A DNA stretch of 64,000 nucleotides, from positions 128,001 to 192,000 of the forward strand of contig OZ219787.1 in NCBI GenBank assembly GCA_964291285.2. Direction: 5' to 3'. This DNA comes from Alphaproteobacteria bacterium (lineage in GTDB: Bacteria > Pseudomonadota > Alphaproteobacteria > Bin95). A program made the position numbers and the translations under genes. Shown here one piece after another: positions 9,321 to 18,971 of the stretch; within the stretch, counting starts at the first letter, position 1; every line of letters begins with the position of its first letter. Under the pieces are notes generated by a model, which worked only from the letters and a program-made list of their open reading frames with translations, searched no databases and had not been told where the DNA came from.

Positions 9321-10940
9321 ATGAGCTTCGGATTGAACAAGGCGCAGATCATCGGCCGCCTCGGCGCGGACGTCACCATCAACCACCTGCAGAACGGCGG
9401 CCGCGTGGCCAATCTGAGCGTTGCCACCGACGAGAGCTACATCGACCGGAACGGCAGCGGCGAGCGGATCGACAGGACCGAGTGGCACCGGGTCGTGATA
9501 CCAGCGGTTGAGGGTTGAGACTCATTGAGGGGATTCCCAAGGTTATCGAGTTCTGGCTCAATAGCGATTCTGCGATTGGAGGGTCGTTATGAGGGCAGCA
9601 ATCCCCTTGAGGGAGGATTTTGATGCGGCGCAGTTGCGCGGCTTGGCGCAGCGGAGCCGGTATGGTTCGCAGAACCGTCGCCTTCTTGCGCTTGCGGTGA
9701 TTTACGACGGTTACCGTCGTTCGGATGCGGCGCGTTTTGCGGGGGTGGGCTTGCAGATCATCCGGGACTGGGTTCTTCGCTTCAACGCGGAAGGCCCGGA
9801 GGGATTGAAGGATCGCAAGGCCTCAGGTCCGCCGCGCAAGTTGAACGGGGAGCAGCGCGCGGCGCTGGCGGCGGTTGTGGAGAGCGGTCCGGACCCGGCG
9901 ATCCACGGCGTGGTGCGGTGGCGGCGCTGCGACCTGGCGGCATGGCTCAGGGAGCAGTTCGGCATCTCGTTGGCGGAGACGACGGTCGGGCGGGAGTTGC
10001 GCCGGATGGGCTACGCCAGGCTGTCTGCGCGCCCGCGCCACCATGCCCGGGACGAAGCCGCGCTGGCAGGGTTCAAAAAAACTTCCCCGACCGCCTGAAG
10101 GAGATCCGCGCTGCACTCGGCGACGGCGTCGAGGTCGAAGTCTGGTGGCAGGACGAGGCGCGCGTCGGGCAGAAGAACAGGATCACCCGGCGATGGGCGA
10201 AACGCGGCACCCGACCGTCAGCGCCCAAGGACCAGAGAGCCATCCCGGCCTACATCTTCGGCGCCATATGCCCGCAGAAGGGCAAGGCCGCCGGCCTCGT
10301 CATGCCCCACGCCAACACGGAGGCACTCAACGCCCACCTCGCCGAGGTCGCCCTCACCGTTGAACCCGGAGCCCATGCCCTCGTCATGCTCGACCGGGCC
10401 GGATGGCACACATCCCCGGCCCTCAAAGTCCCCGACAACATAACCCTGATGCCGCTCCCGCCCCGGTCCCCCGAGCTCAATCCCGTCGAGAATGTCTGGC
10501 AGTTCATGCGCGAAAATTGGCTCTCGAACCGCGTCTTCCAGAACTACGACGACATACTCGATCACTGCTGCCAGGCCTGGAACAATCTCGTCTCACAACC
10601 AGAACGCATCGCCTCCATCGGAACCCGAAAATGGGCCAATGGGTTCTGAACTATGCCCGCTGGTATGACCTTCCAGGACGGGCTGATCGACATGCTCGCC
10701 AGGCACGCCACGAAGGGCCGGCTGGTCTACGTCGACGGCAAGCTCCAGACCCGGCGCTGGTCGAAGCCGGGCGAGGACGGCGACCGCTTCTCGACCGAGA
10801 TCCTGCTGGTCCCCGGCGGGCGCGTCCAGTTCCTCGACAAGGCGAACGGCAACGCCGCGCAGCCCGGCCCGGACGCGGCGGGCGGCGCCGCGCCGGCCGG
10901 CGGCGACCCGATGGACGGGGACCATATCCCGTTCCAGAGC
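9321..10940 (+). pseudogene. ssb: Single-stranded DNA-binding protein split by IS630
   Basis: LNKAQIIGRLG...TEWHRVV | TFQ...KGRLVYVDGKLQTRRW...DHIPF; halves join in frame after removing 9499-10668. Confidence 0.92.
9499..10665 (+). mobile_element. IS630-family element; ORFs 9589-10098 and ~10080-10649 probably joined by a -1 frameshift at A7 (10075-10081)
   Basis: WWQDEARVG, DRAGWH and SPELNPVENVW motifs; termini TACCAGCGG...CCGCTGGTA; TGA on both flanks. Confidence 0.93.
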
Positions 10941-10961
10941 TTCCCGTTCTTCCCTCCCCAC

Positions 10962-10995
10962 AGGGTCGGCGCCTCGCGCGTCGGCCCTTTCTTCA
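10962..10995 (+). terminator. Probable intrinsic terminator after ssb
   Basis: AGGGTCGGCGC...GCGTCGGCCCT stem followed by TTCTT. Confidence 0.5.
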
Positions 10996-11118
10996 TGCAG
11001 GCAGGTTCGAGTCTCGCCGCGGCGCATACGGAGTGGGAGCGAGGCTGGAAAGCGAGTGAACCGCGCGAGGAGGAGAGCGAGCCCGCTCGCGCACCCGTCA
11101 CGCTACCCGGAGAACCCG

Positions 11119-11346
11119 ATGAGCACCATCTCCTTCCGCCGCATCGCCCCCGACGAATCCCGCATCTACCGGGACGGCGACCATGTCGGCGACGTCCACG
11201 CCTTCGACGACAGCATCCGGCCGGGGCACAGGGTGTTCGCCATACACCTCGACGAAGACCCGCGCGGCCCCGTCTATCTCCACGACCGCGCCCGCATCCG
11301 CGAGGTCGCCGGGCGCCTGGTGCTCTCCCATCCCCTGTGGGGTTGA
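11119..11346 (+). CDS. Hypothetical protein, 75 aa (MSTISFRRIAPDESRIY...)
   Basis: GGAGA RBS, GC-rich third positions. Confidence 0.6.
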   Translation: MSTISFRRIAPDESRIYRDGDHVGDVHAFDDSIRPGHRVFAIHLDEDPRGPVYLHDRARIREVAGRLVLSHPLWG

Positions 11347-11428
11347 CGCAAGGGCGGGCAACGGCGCCTCCGGCGCCGTGCCGGCCGAACCGCCGATGGG
11401 GTCCGTGCAGGGCGAGAGAAATACGCCA

Positions 11429-11676
11429 CCCCGCTGTGATGTCCAATCGTGTCACACGTGCTCGCGACAGCAACCCCTGCGGGGTCCTCCGGTCGCTCCG
11501 CTCCCTGCGGCCCGGGCAAGAAGCTCTACGGGCGGACCGTGAAAGTCGACGACCGTGAAGATCGCAAGACGATCTTCCGCACCACTCGCCGACTTTCCGC
11601 ACCACTCCGCCCAGGAGCTTCTACGCCCGGGTGCTTCTGCTGCGCGCGCGTGCCCCGACAGGACATCACAACGGGG
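11429..11676. promoter_or_regulatory. ~250-nt nested inverted-repeat rod; Frpo/ssi-like single-strand promoter candidate
   Basis: Outer arms 11429-11444/11661-11676 (15/16 match), inner arms 11511-11526/11615-11631, tip GAAGATCG-caaga-CGATCTTC at 11557-11577. Confidence 0.6.
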
Positions 11677-11711
11677 ATCGGCCCCGAACGTGAAACCGAA
11701 AGGAAAACGAC

Positions 11712-12629
11712 ATGACCTTCGATATAAAGACCGCTGGACAGTCCGCAACCGCAACCGTCTGCGAACACGCCGCCCTCTACGGCGCCACCCCCGAGCGCGA
11801 CGAGCTCGACCCCCGCGAGGTCTGGGACGAGGACGATGCGCTGACCGCAATCGGCGAGGCCTTCCGCATCCTCGCCGAAGGCGCCTGCCCCGACGGCACC
11901 CAGCTCGCCGACGAACGCGAGAGCCTGCTGTGGGGCTTCGTCAACATGCTCCACGCCCAGAGCCGCCGCCTCGACCGCAGCGTCGACCGGCTCAGCCCGG
12001 ACCTGCGCGACTTCCAGCGCGAGCAGGACGGCACCGAGATCAAGTCCCGCGACCTGGAGCTCGTCACCGACCGCGCGCAGAACCTCGGAGACCGGCGCGA
12101 CGCCTTCGAGAAGATGCGCAACACCGCCGCGCACGCCTACCGCGAAGAGACCGGCGACATGTGGCGGCCCCGGCACGGCAGCCACGCCAGCCAGACCGGC
12201 ACGCTCACCAGCGCCGCCATCGACGCCCGCGACTTCGCCCGTGCCCGCAAGGACCGCGCGACCATGGCGCACCTGCCGCAGGGCACCCTCGTCGCCATCG
12301 CCGGCGGAAAGGACATCGCCGACCCGGCCGCGGTGATCGCCAGGCTCGACCAGGCCCGCGCCAGGTATGCCGACCTCGTCCTCGTCCACGGCGGCGGTCC
12401 CGGCGTCGAGAAGATCGCGGCGCGCTGGGCCGAGCGCAACGGCGTCCACCAGGTCGTCTGCAAGCCCGACTGGGACCGCCACGGTCGCGCCGCACCCTTC
12501 CGCCGCAACGACGAACTGCTCAACCTCCTGCCCAGGGGCGTCATCGCCTTCCCCGGCTCCGGCATCACCGAAAACCTCGTCGACAAGGCGAAGCAGCTCG
12601 GCATCCCGGTGATGAAGGTCGCAGCCTGA
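11712..12629 (+). CDS. DUF2493 / SLOG-superfamily (YspA-like) protein, 305 aa
   Basis: VLVHGGGPGVEKIAARWA, PDWDRHGRAAPFRRND and FPGSGITENLVDKA motifs; GAAAGGA RBS. Confidence 0.85.
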   Translation: MTFDIKTAGQSATATVCEHAALYGATPERDELDPREVWDEDDALTAIGEAFRILAEGACPDGTQLADERESLLWGFVNMLHAQSRRLDRSVDRLSPDLRDFQREQDGTEIKSRDLELVTDRAQNLGDRRDAFEKMRNTAAHAYREETGDMWRPRHGSHASQTGTLTSAAIDARDFARARKDRATMAHLPQGTLVAIAGGKDIADPAAVIARLDQARARYADLVLVHGGGPGVEKIAARWAERNGVHQVVCKPDWDRHGRAAPFRRNDELLNLLPRGVIAFPGSGITENLVDKAKQLGIPVMKVAA

Positions 12630-13267
12630 CCGCAACGCATCGCGGGCCGTGTCGTCGCTCCGGCGGCGGCACGGTCCGTTTCCTCTTTCGCACATTGATG
12701 ACGCGGCAACGCCAACCTCGCGCGCTTCGCGCCGCACTCGTGCTCCGGCTTCACCGATCGCGCTTGCGTTCCGCGTCCGCGTCACGCGCCGCTGCACCAT
12801 GCTTCGCCCGGGTGCATCGCCGTCCGCGCCGATCCCGGCGCACCGCCCGCCGCACTTCCGCCGGCGTGACTGTCGACGGCACTGCCGGCGTTGCCGCCCG
12901 TCCGCTCGGCACGGTGCTTCGCACCAGTGCCCGCGCTCGCGCCGGCGAGGCCGTCCGCTCACACGCCGCGGCGGCTCCCCTCCGCCGGGTTCCCCGGCGT
13001 CGATTTCCCCATCGTGAATGCTGCACCGTTCGGCTCTGTCTCTACGGCGGAGCCGCAGATTCAATACACCCGACGCATCCTTGATGCAGGGAGCGAGGCC
13101 CGGCCGGCCTGCATCGGTCGGCAATTTTCCGTTGCGTGACAGACGGTTGGGCCTGGCCCGGCCTCTGACCGCGGTTTCGCGCGCGGGTCGCGTTGTCCGT
13201 TCAGGAGCGCCGTTCCGTTCCCCCGGGACGGACGGCGCCCGAGGGAACAGACAACGGAGACACGCCC

Positions 13268-14404
13268 ATGCGCATCCATGCCCCCGTCAACGAGCGGACG
13301 GTCCGCCGCACCTTCAGGGAGAAGAAACCCGGACGATACGGCCTGACCGTCATCGACAGGGACCTGCCCGCCTTCGGCTTCACCGTCGCCGGGAACGGAA
13401 CGAAGACCTTCTTCGTCCGGACCTCACGCCAGTTCGGCGCGCCCAGGGCGATCCTCGGCACGACCGACGACATGACCGCCGCCGAGGCGAGGGAGAAGGC
13501 CATTGCCGCCATCGCCGAAGCCAAAGCCGACCGCGAGACCGGGCCGCTGTTCGCCGACTTCGCGGCCGACTTCATGCGCCGCCAGGGGCGGCGCTGGAAA
13601 CCCTCCACGAGGAAGGCCAACGCCCATCTGATCGAGCGCCGCCTCGTGCCCTTCTTCAGCGCGATGCCCGTCGCGAAGATCGACCGCGCCGATGTGCGGC
13701 GCTGGTTCGATTCCCTCAGCGGAACCCCCGGCAGCGCCAACCGGACCCTGCCGGTGCTCTCGGTGATGATGCGCCAGGCGGAGCTATGGGACCTTCGCCC
13801 GCAGGGCTCCAACCCCTGTCGCAACATGCGGCGCTACAGGACGGCGCCGCGCGAGCGGTTCCTGTCCCTGGACGAGTTGAAGCGCCTCGGCTTCGTCCTC
13901 GACCATGCCGAGGACCGGCAGGCCGCCGCCGCCATCCGCCTGCTGCTGTTCACCGGCGCCCGGTCGTCCGAGATCGCCGGCCTGCAATGGGACTGGATAC
14001 GGGACACCCGCGCGGTGTTGCCGGACTCCAAGACCGGACCGAAGGCGCTCCAGCTTCCCCCGCCCGCGCGGGCCGTCCTGAATGGCCTGCCGCGCGAGGG
14101 ACGCTTCGTCTTCCCGAACGGGAAGGGCGACGGCCCGATGACCGACCTCGGCCTGCGCTGGCAGAAGCTGCGCGGTCTCGCCGGGCTGGACGATGTGCGC
14201 ATCCACGACTGCCGGCATACCTTCGCCTCCCATGCCGTGATGAGCGGCCTCGACCTCTACACCGTCGGCCGCCTGCTCGGCCATGCCGATACCGCCTCCA
14301 CCGAACGCTACGCCCATCTCGCCGACGAGCATGTCCGCGAGGCGGCCGGGCGCATCTCCGGCATCGTCCACGAGGCCATGACCGGGAAGGAAAGCGGGCG
14401 ATGA
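13268..14404 (+). CDS. Tyrosine recombinase/integrase 1 with arm-binding-type N-terminus
   Basis: TGARSSEI, DSKTG, HDCRHTFAS and LLGH...TERYAH: full R-K-H-R-H-Y set. Confidence 0.92.
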   Translation: MRIHAPVNERTVRRTFREKKPGRYGLTVIDRDLPAFGFTVAGNGTKTFFVRTSRQFGAPRAILGTTDDMTAAEAREKAIAAIAEAKADRETGPLFADFAADFMRRQGRRWKPSTRKANAHLIERRLVPFFSAMPVAKIDRADVRRWFDSLSGTPGSANRTLPVLSVMMRQAELWDLRPQGSNPCRNMRRYRTAPRERFLSLDELKRLGFVLDHAEDRQAAAAIRLLLFTGARSSEIAGLQWDWIRDTRAVLPDSKTGPKALQLPPPARAVLNGLPREGRFVFPNGKGDGPMTDLGLRWQKLRGLAGLDDVRIHDCRHTFASHAVMSGLDLYTVGRLLGHADTASTERYAHLADEHVREAAGRISGIVHEAMTGKESGR

Positions 14405-15490
14405 GCGGCCGCAGGCATCGTGTCCGGCTCACCGTGAAGGCCGTCGCCGCCGCGAAGCCGGCGGAACGGGAATACACCCTGTGGGACAATCTGCTGGCGC
14501 ATTTCGGGGTCAGGGTGCAGCCCTCCGGCGTCCGGTCCTGGATCGTCCAGACCCGCGTCCGGGGACGCATGCGCAAGATCACCCTCGGGCGCTTCCCCGA
14601 ACTGCCTCTCGACGCGGCGCGCCGGGAAGGCGCGGCCGTGCTCGCCCGCCTGTGGGGCGGCGAGGACGTGACGCCGCCGCGCAAGGGGAAGGCGCCGCTG
14701 TTCCGGGACTTCGCCGCCCGTTACCGCTCGCGGCGGAAACACCGCTGGAAGCCGTCCTCGCTCGAGACCTTCGACATCTACCTGAAGAACCGCCTGATGC
14801 CGCATTTCGGCAGGCTCCGGCTCGACGCCATCGACCATGCGCGGGTCTCGGCATGGTTCGACGCCGCCAGCGCGGACAGGCCCGGCGCCGCCAACCGCGC
14901 CTTCGAGATACTCCGCGCCATGCTCGGGACGGCCCGGCAGTGGGGCGACATCGGCGAGCATGTCCCCGACGCCTGCGCCAACATCGTGAAGAACCCCCGC
15001 AAGCCTGTCGCGCGCTATCTCAGCCGCGAAGAGCTGGAGCGTCTCGGCGCGGTGCTCGACCGCCACCGGGAACAGCATCCCTGGCCGGTGGCGGCCATCC
15101 GGCTGTTGACGCTCACCGGGGCGCGGCTCTCCGAAGTCATCAACCTCAGGTGGGACGAAATCGGAGAGCTGGGCGGAGACGGCGCGAGCGCGCGCATCGA
15201 AGACTCCAAGACCGGGCCGCAGACCGGGCCGCGCACCATCTGGCTGGGGCCGGAAGCGGCAAGGCTGATCGCGGAACTGCCGCGACCGGATGGCCGGGAG
15301 CGAGTGTTTCCCGACAACCTCACGACGGCAAGGCTCTATACTTTCTGGGTCGGCATACGCGACGAGGCGGGGCTTCCGGGTCTTCGCATCCACGACTGCC
15401 GCCACACCTGGGCCTCGCAGGGCGTCATGAACGGCGTCGGGCTCACCACCGTCGGGCGGCTGCTCGGACACCGCAAGCGGGAGAATACTG
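14401..15490 (+). pseudogene. Tyrosine recombinase/integrase 2, truncated before the catalytic Tyr
   Basis: ATGA overlap with integrase 1; TGARLSE, HDCRHTWAS, LLGHRKRENTA, then similarity is lost (no YAH motif). Confidence 0.82.
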
Positions 15491-15494
15491 CCGC

Positions 15495-15956
15495 TCAGCC
15501 CAACAGCGGCGTCCCGTTCTCCATCCATTTGCGGAACTGCCGTTCGATCTCCGGGGCGTGGTCGGCGCCGAACGTCTCCGCCAGCAGCGGCCCGAGTTCG
15601 TCCTCCCGGCCCTGCCGGACCATGTCGCGCAGCACCGTCATGAGCAGCAGCTCCACCGATTGCCGGAGCCGTTCGATGGAACTCCCGCCCGGGCCCGCCG
15701 CCGCCAGGGTGCTGTCCGCCATGCGCGCGACCCGGTCGAACAGAAGCCGCTGCTCCGCCCCGGACAGGACGAGCGAAGGACCGGACAACGCCTCCGGGTC
15801 GAGCTCGACGCTCAGCCCGGCGGAAATCATGTGCCCGTTGATCGAAATGCCCCGCCGGTCCGCGATCTCCCGGCTTCGCTCCCAGTCCAGGTCGGAGCAC
15901 GAGATGGTCAGCCGCACCCGCGCGCCGGAACCGCGCGCCGTCATCGATCCGCCCAT
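15495..15956 (-). CDS. RHH/MobC-like small DNA-binding protein
   Basis: RLTISCSDLDWERSREIADRRGISIN resembles a beta-alpha-alpha RHH start. Confidence 0.6.
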   Translation of the reverse strand: MGGSMTARGSGARVRLTISCSDLDWERSREIADRRGISINGHMISAGLSVELDPEALSGPSLVLSGAEQRLLFDRVARMADSTLAAAGPGGSSIERLRQSVELLLMTVLRDMVRQGREDELGPLLAETFGADHAPEIERQFRKWMENGTPLLG

Positions 15957-16270
15957 CCCGAAGGGCGCTCCCGAAGCGCGCGCTGGATGAACGCGATCGC
16001 GCCGAACAGCGACAGGTCCGTGCCGGGAAGCGCCTCGTGCAAGGCACGATGGACGGCGTCCATCCGCGCCACCCGCTCATGCAATGTCCGCTGTTCCTCC
16101 TCCGAGAGCACGAGCCGGGGCTCCTCGCGGGGCGCCCCGCCCGCATCCTCGTGCAGCGCGCAGGCTACCAGGAAGCGCGAGACCGGCATGCCCGCCGCCT
16201 CGGCCTTCTCCCTGATCGCCGCCTTTTCGACCACCGTGCAGCGCAGGGTGCGGCGAACCAGCCTTGCCAT
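15941..16270 (-). CDS. RHH/MobC-like protein
   Basis: RTLRCTVVEKAAIREKAEAAGMPVSRFL. Confidence 0.7.
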   Translation of the reverse strand: MARLVRRTLRCTVVEKAAIREKAEAAGMPVSRFLVACALHEDAGGAPREEPRLVLSEEEQRTLHERVARMDAVHRALHEALPGTDLSLFGAIAFIQRALRERPSGWADR

Positions 16271-16277
16271 GACCGCC

Positions 16278-16661
16278 TCAGGGCTGCGGCGCGGGGCCGC
16301 CCTCCGGATCGGCGCTGACCGAGACCGCCTGCCAGCGCGCCGCCGCGCCGGGATCGGTCAGGCGGTCCAGGTCGCCCTCACGGGAGAGCCAGGCATCCAC
16401 GGCATCGCCGAGAGCGGCCCAGCGGTCCCCCAGGTCGAGATCCACCATGCGCTCCTGCTCCACCTTCGCCAGCACCAGCAGTTCGCGCACAGCGCGCCGC
16501 ATGACGACGGCCGGCACGGCCTCCGCCATGATGGCCCGGTGAACGATGTAGCGCGAGATTTCCATGCCCGCCTCGTCGGCAAGCTCCCTGATGCGCGCCC
16601 ACTCGTTCGCCGTCGCCATCACCGCATGCTGCGTGCGGCGCCCCCCCGGAGCCCGGCTCAT
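16278..16661 (-). CDS. RHH/MobC-like protein
   Basis: HAVMATANEWARIRELADEAGMEISRYI. Confidence 0.65.
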   Translation of the reverse strand: MSRAPGGRRTQHAVMATANEWARIRELADEAGMEISRYIVHRAIMAEAVPAVVMRRAVRELLVLAKVEQERMVDLDLGDRWAALGDAVDAWLSREGDLDRLTDPGAAARWQAVSVSADPEGGPAPQP

Positions 16662-17059
16662 GACGACGCCCCCGGACCTGCCGCAACCATCAGAATTCCG
16701 TGCTTTACCGGCAAGCTTGCCTTCGTTTCTCCTATATCAATTATCATATTTATCCTCTCACAGGTTGATTAGGTGCATCACCACGATGGTCGTGGCTTTT
16801 TTCGTGCCAGAACTGCATTCATGCATAAGGCTACCCTCAATGCCCCCCGGAAACAATGCGTTGTCACTGTTTTACTTCCCCCAGTGCCACTACCGCGTTC
16901 AGGATCTTCCCGTAGGTCAGTCGGATTTCGTGCCAATGCCTCTTGCCATGCCCGGAAATATCCTGTATTGAAGCCCCCTTCATGGGAGGAAGGCGACCCC
17001 TGTCAGATAGTGCCCTAACTCGAAAAATCACGTTCGAGATTTACACCACGGCCGCCGGT

Positions 17060-17371
17060 GCCATGCTGGCGACCCTGCCGCCCGACAGTTTCCTCATCGC
17101 CGACAAGGCCTGTGACGCCAAATGGATCCGTGACCTGATCGAGCAACACGATGCCGTCCCGATCATCCCCGACCGCGAAGGCGCGAAGACCAGGCACGCT
17201 TTCTCCAAACCCTTGTATAAATTGCGAAACCGGATCGAACGCGCCTTCAACAAACTCAAGCAGTTCCGCCGCATCGCCACCCGATACGAAAAGCTCGCCG
17301 CCAACTTCCTCGCCATGATCAAGATCGCTACTGTCAGGCTCTGGCTACGCGCTTATGAGTCCACGGCCTAG
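17060..17371 (+). pseudogene. IS5-family transposase C-terminal remnant
   Basis: IADKACD and YKLRNRIERAFNKLKQFRRIATRYEK; ends GTCCACGGCCTAG. Confidence 0.85.
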
Positions 17372-17409
17372 AATGCGGATACGATGCCTATGAAGCATTC
17401 GGGAGAATT

Positions 17410-17886
17410 TTGGGCCAGACCGAACCTGAGGACCTTATAATGATTGATCCGTTCGCGGATTTCCTTAAACCCGACAAATCAGGAAACAACAAGGCGAAGA
17501 AGATTATTCCGAGAGTAGCAGAAATGACGAAAACTTCTACTGTTTTGCTATTTGTACTCAATTTGAACCCTTTCAATCATGTCGGACGAGAATTCGACCA
17601 AATTCTGGAAGAGCATCTTCCCGATGCGTGGATTATGACATGTCCGCCAATTCACGGTAGTAGAATAGCAGGTGAAAGCAAGTATTATGCTGATGTCGTG
17701 TTGGCGTCGCCATTCTTGAAGAAATCTTGCCACAAGGCATTGGAGCTGAAGGCCTGCCTCGAAGGCTTTTCAGGGAAATTAGCCGGCGCGCTATCATTTT
17801 CTGAACGTGGTGCGCGGATGCTAAAGCCGGAGGTCGTAAATGCTAAAGCCGGAGGTCGTAAAGGGAACAATCCAGGAGCGGACTGA
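17410..17886 (+). pseudogene. Low-GC hypothetical gene, probably 5'-truncated by the IS5 remnant
   Basis: Open frame starts right after the IS end; 22-bp tandem duplication near the 3' end. Confidence 0.45.
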
Positions 17887-17891
17887 AACCA

Positions 17892-18193
17892 TGCTGGTCG
17901 GAAAGGATAGATCAAGGGAAGAAACCTTAGAGCGAATCCTCGATTATCTTAACAAGAAGAAGATCCGGGCGACATACGGATCCGTAGCGCCTTTGTTGAA
18001 TACACATCCTCTTTCGGTAGGGAAATATCTTGGGAAGAGGAGACCACGTGCGTCTTGGGTTGTGAATAAGAATACCGGCAAGCCAACGGGTTATTCGGAG
18101 GCGGAAATGCATGAAAGCCTATTCGATAACCGGAAGGTCATATCCAGTACCGATGAATTGTGTGAGGCGATGAGGAAACATGAAGGAAGATAA
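17892..18193 (+). CDS. Small protein resembling the MGMT/alkyltransferase-like (ATL) DNA-binding fold
   Basis: RATYGSVA...PLSVG...WVVNKNTG pattern; no PCHR active-site Cys. Confidence 0.5.
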
Positions 18194-18428
18194 AGGATTT
18201 TGGAAGGAGTATTTTGTTGTAGCAGCAGGGGGTATTGGATTCGCTGGCGCCTTGTTTATCCATCTGTTGTCGCTGGGCGCTTCACCGGATGAGATTGTTG
18301 CAGTTATTGTCGTTGCCGGTGTTGTGGCGTTACTGCTTGCGGTCTTCGGCGGCCGGGGGATGCTGGTCGCAGTCGTCGGCGCGTTGGTGTTTTTCCGCTG
18401 GCTGAACCGGCGGAGTCGGGGCGACTGA
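18180..18428 (+). CDS. Small membrane protein, 82 aa
   Basis: Hydrophobic segments; overlaps the previous ORF. Confidence 0.5.
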   Translation: MKEDKGFWKEYFVVAAGGIGFAGALFIHLLSLGASPDEIVAVIVVAGVVALLLAVFGGRGMLVAVVGALVFFRWLNRRSRGD

Positions 18429-18463
18429 CGGCGGGCGCGCCGCTCAGCCTTTTTCCGGCTCTC

Positions 18464-18945
18464 AGCTCGACTTTGTGCATTACGCTGCGAAGCAGAGGGC
18501 GTACTGCATACGCATTATCTTGTTGGGCGGAATTATGTTTGGTTCCCGGTTTGGCGGGGAGCGCGATAAATTGTTTCCAAGCCAGAGTTGGCATCGTATG
18601 GCCGCGATTGCATCGGAGAATGTGACGCTGGTTTTCTGGTACCAGGCGGCGGCGTAGGACAGGTGGTTTGTCGAGAGCACGTCTGTGGCCCAGAGGCAGA
18701 CGAGGCTGTAGAGCCCGCAGAGGACGGGGGTGGTTCGTGCGATCGCCGCGTGTGACCACTGGCGTTGTGTTTCGAGCCCGAGATGGGCGCGCAGTTCCTG
18801 GAAGGTGACCTCGACCTGCCAGCGCCGCACGAAGGTGGCGATGATCCCGGCCGGCTCCATGTTGGTGTCGGTGCAGAAGAACGCCTGCGGGTCCCGCTCG
18901 CCTTCCGGGTCTCGCACCAGCACCCATCGGATGGCCTTGGCCCAA
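18464..18945 (-). pseudogene. IS701/IS4-type transposase C-terminal remnant
   Basis: VLVRDP...FFCTD...RRWQVEVTFQELRAHLG. Confidence 0.75.
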
Positions 18946-18971
18946 CTTCAACAGTGACGATTAAAAGTATT

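Noticed and set aside
10998-11020. GGTTCGAGTC, a tRNA T-loop-like motif
   Set aside because: The T-stem pairs poorly and no cloverleaf or CCA end can be built.
13018-15990. 990-aa ORF
   Set aside because: A chimera of a shadow frame, integrase 2 (from 14401) and read-through antisense to an RHH gene.
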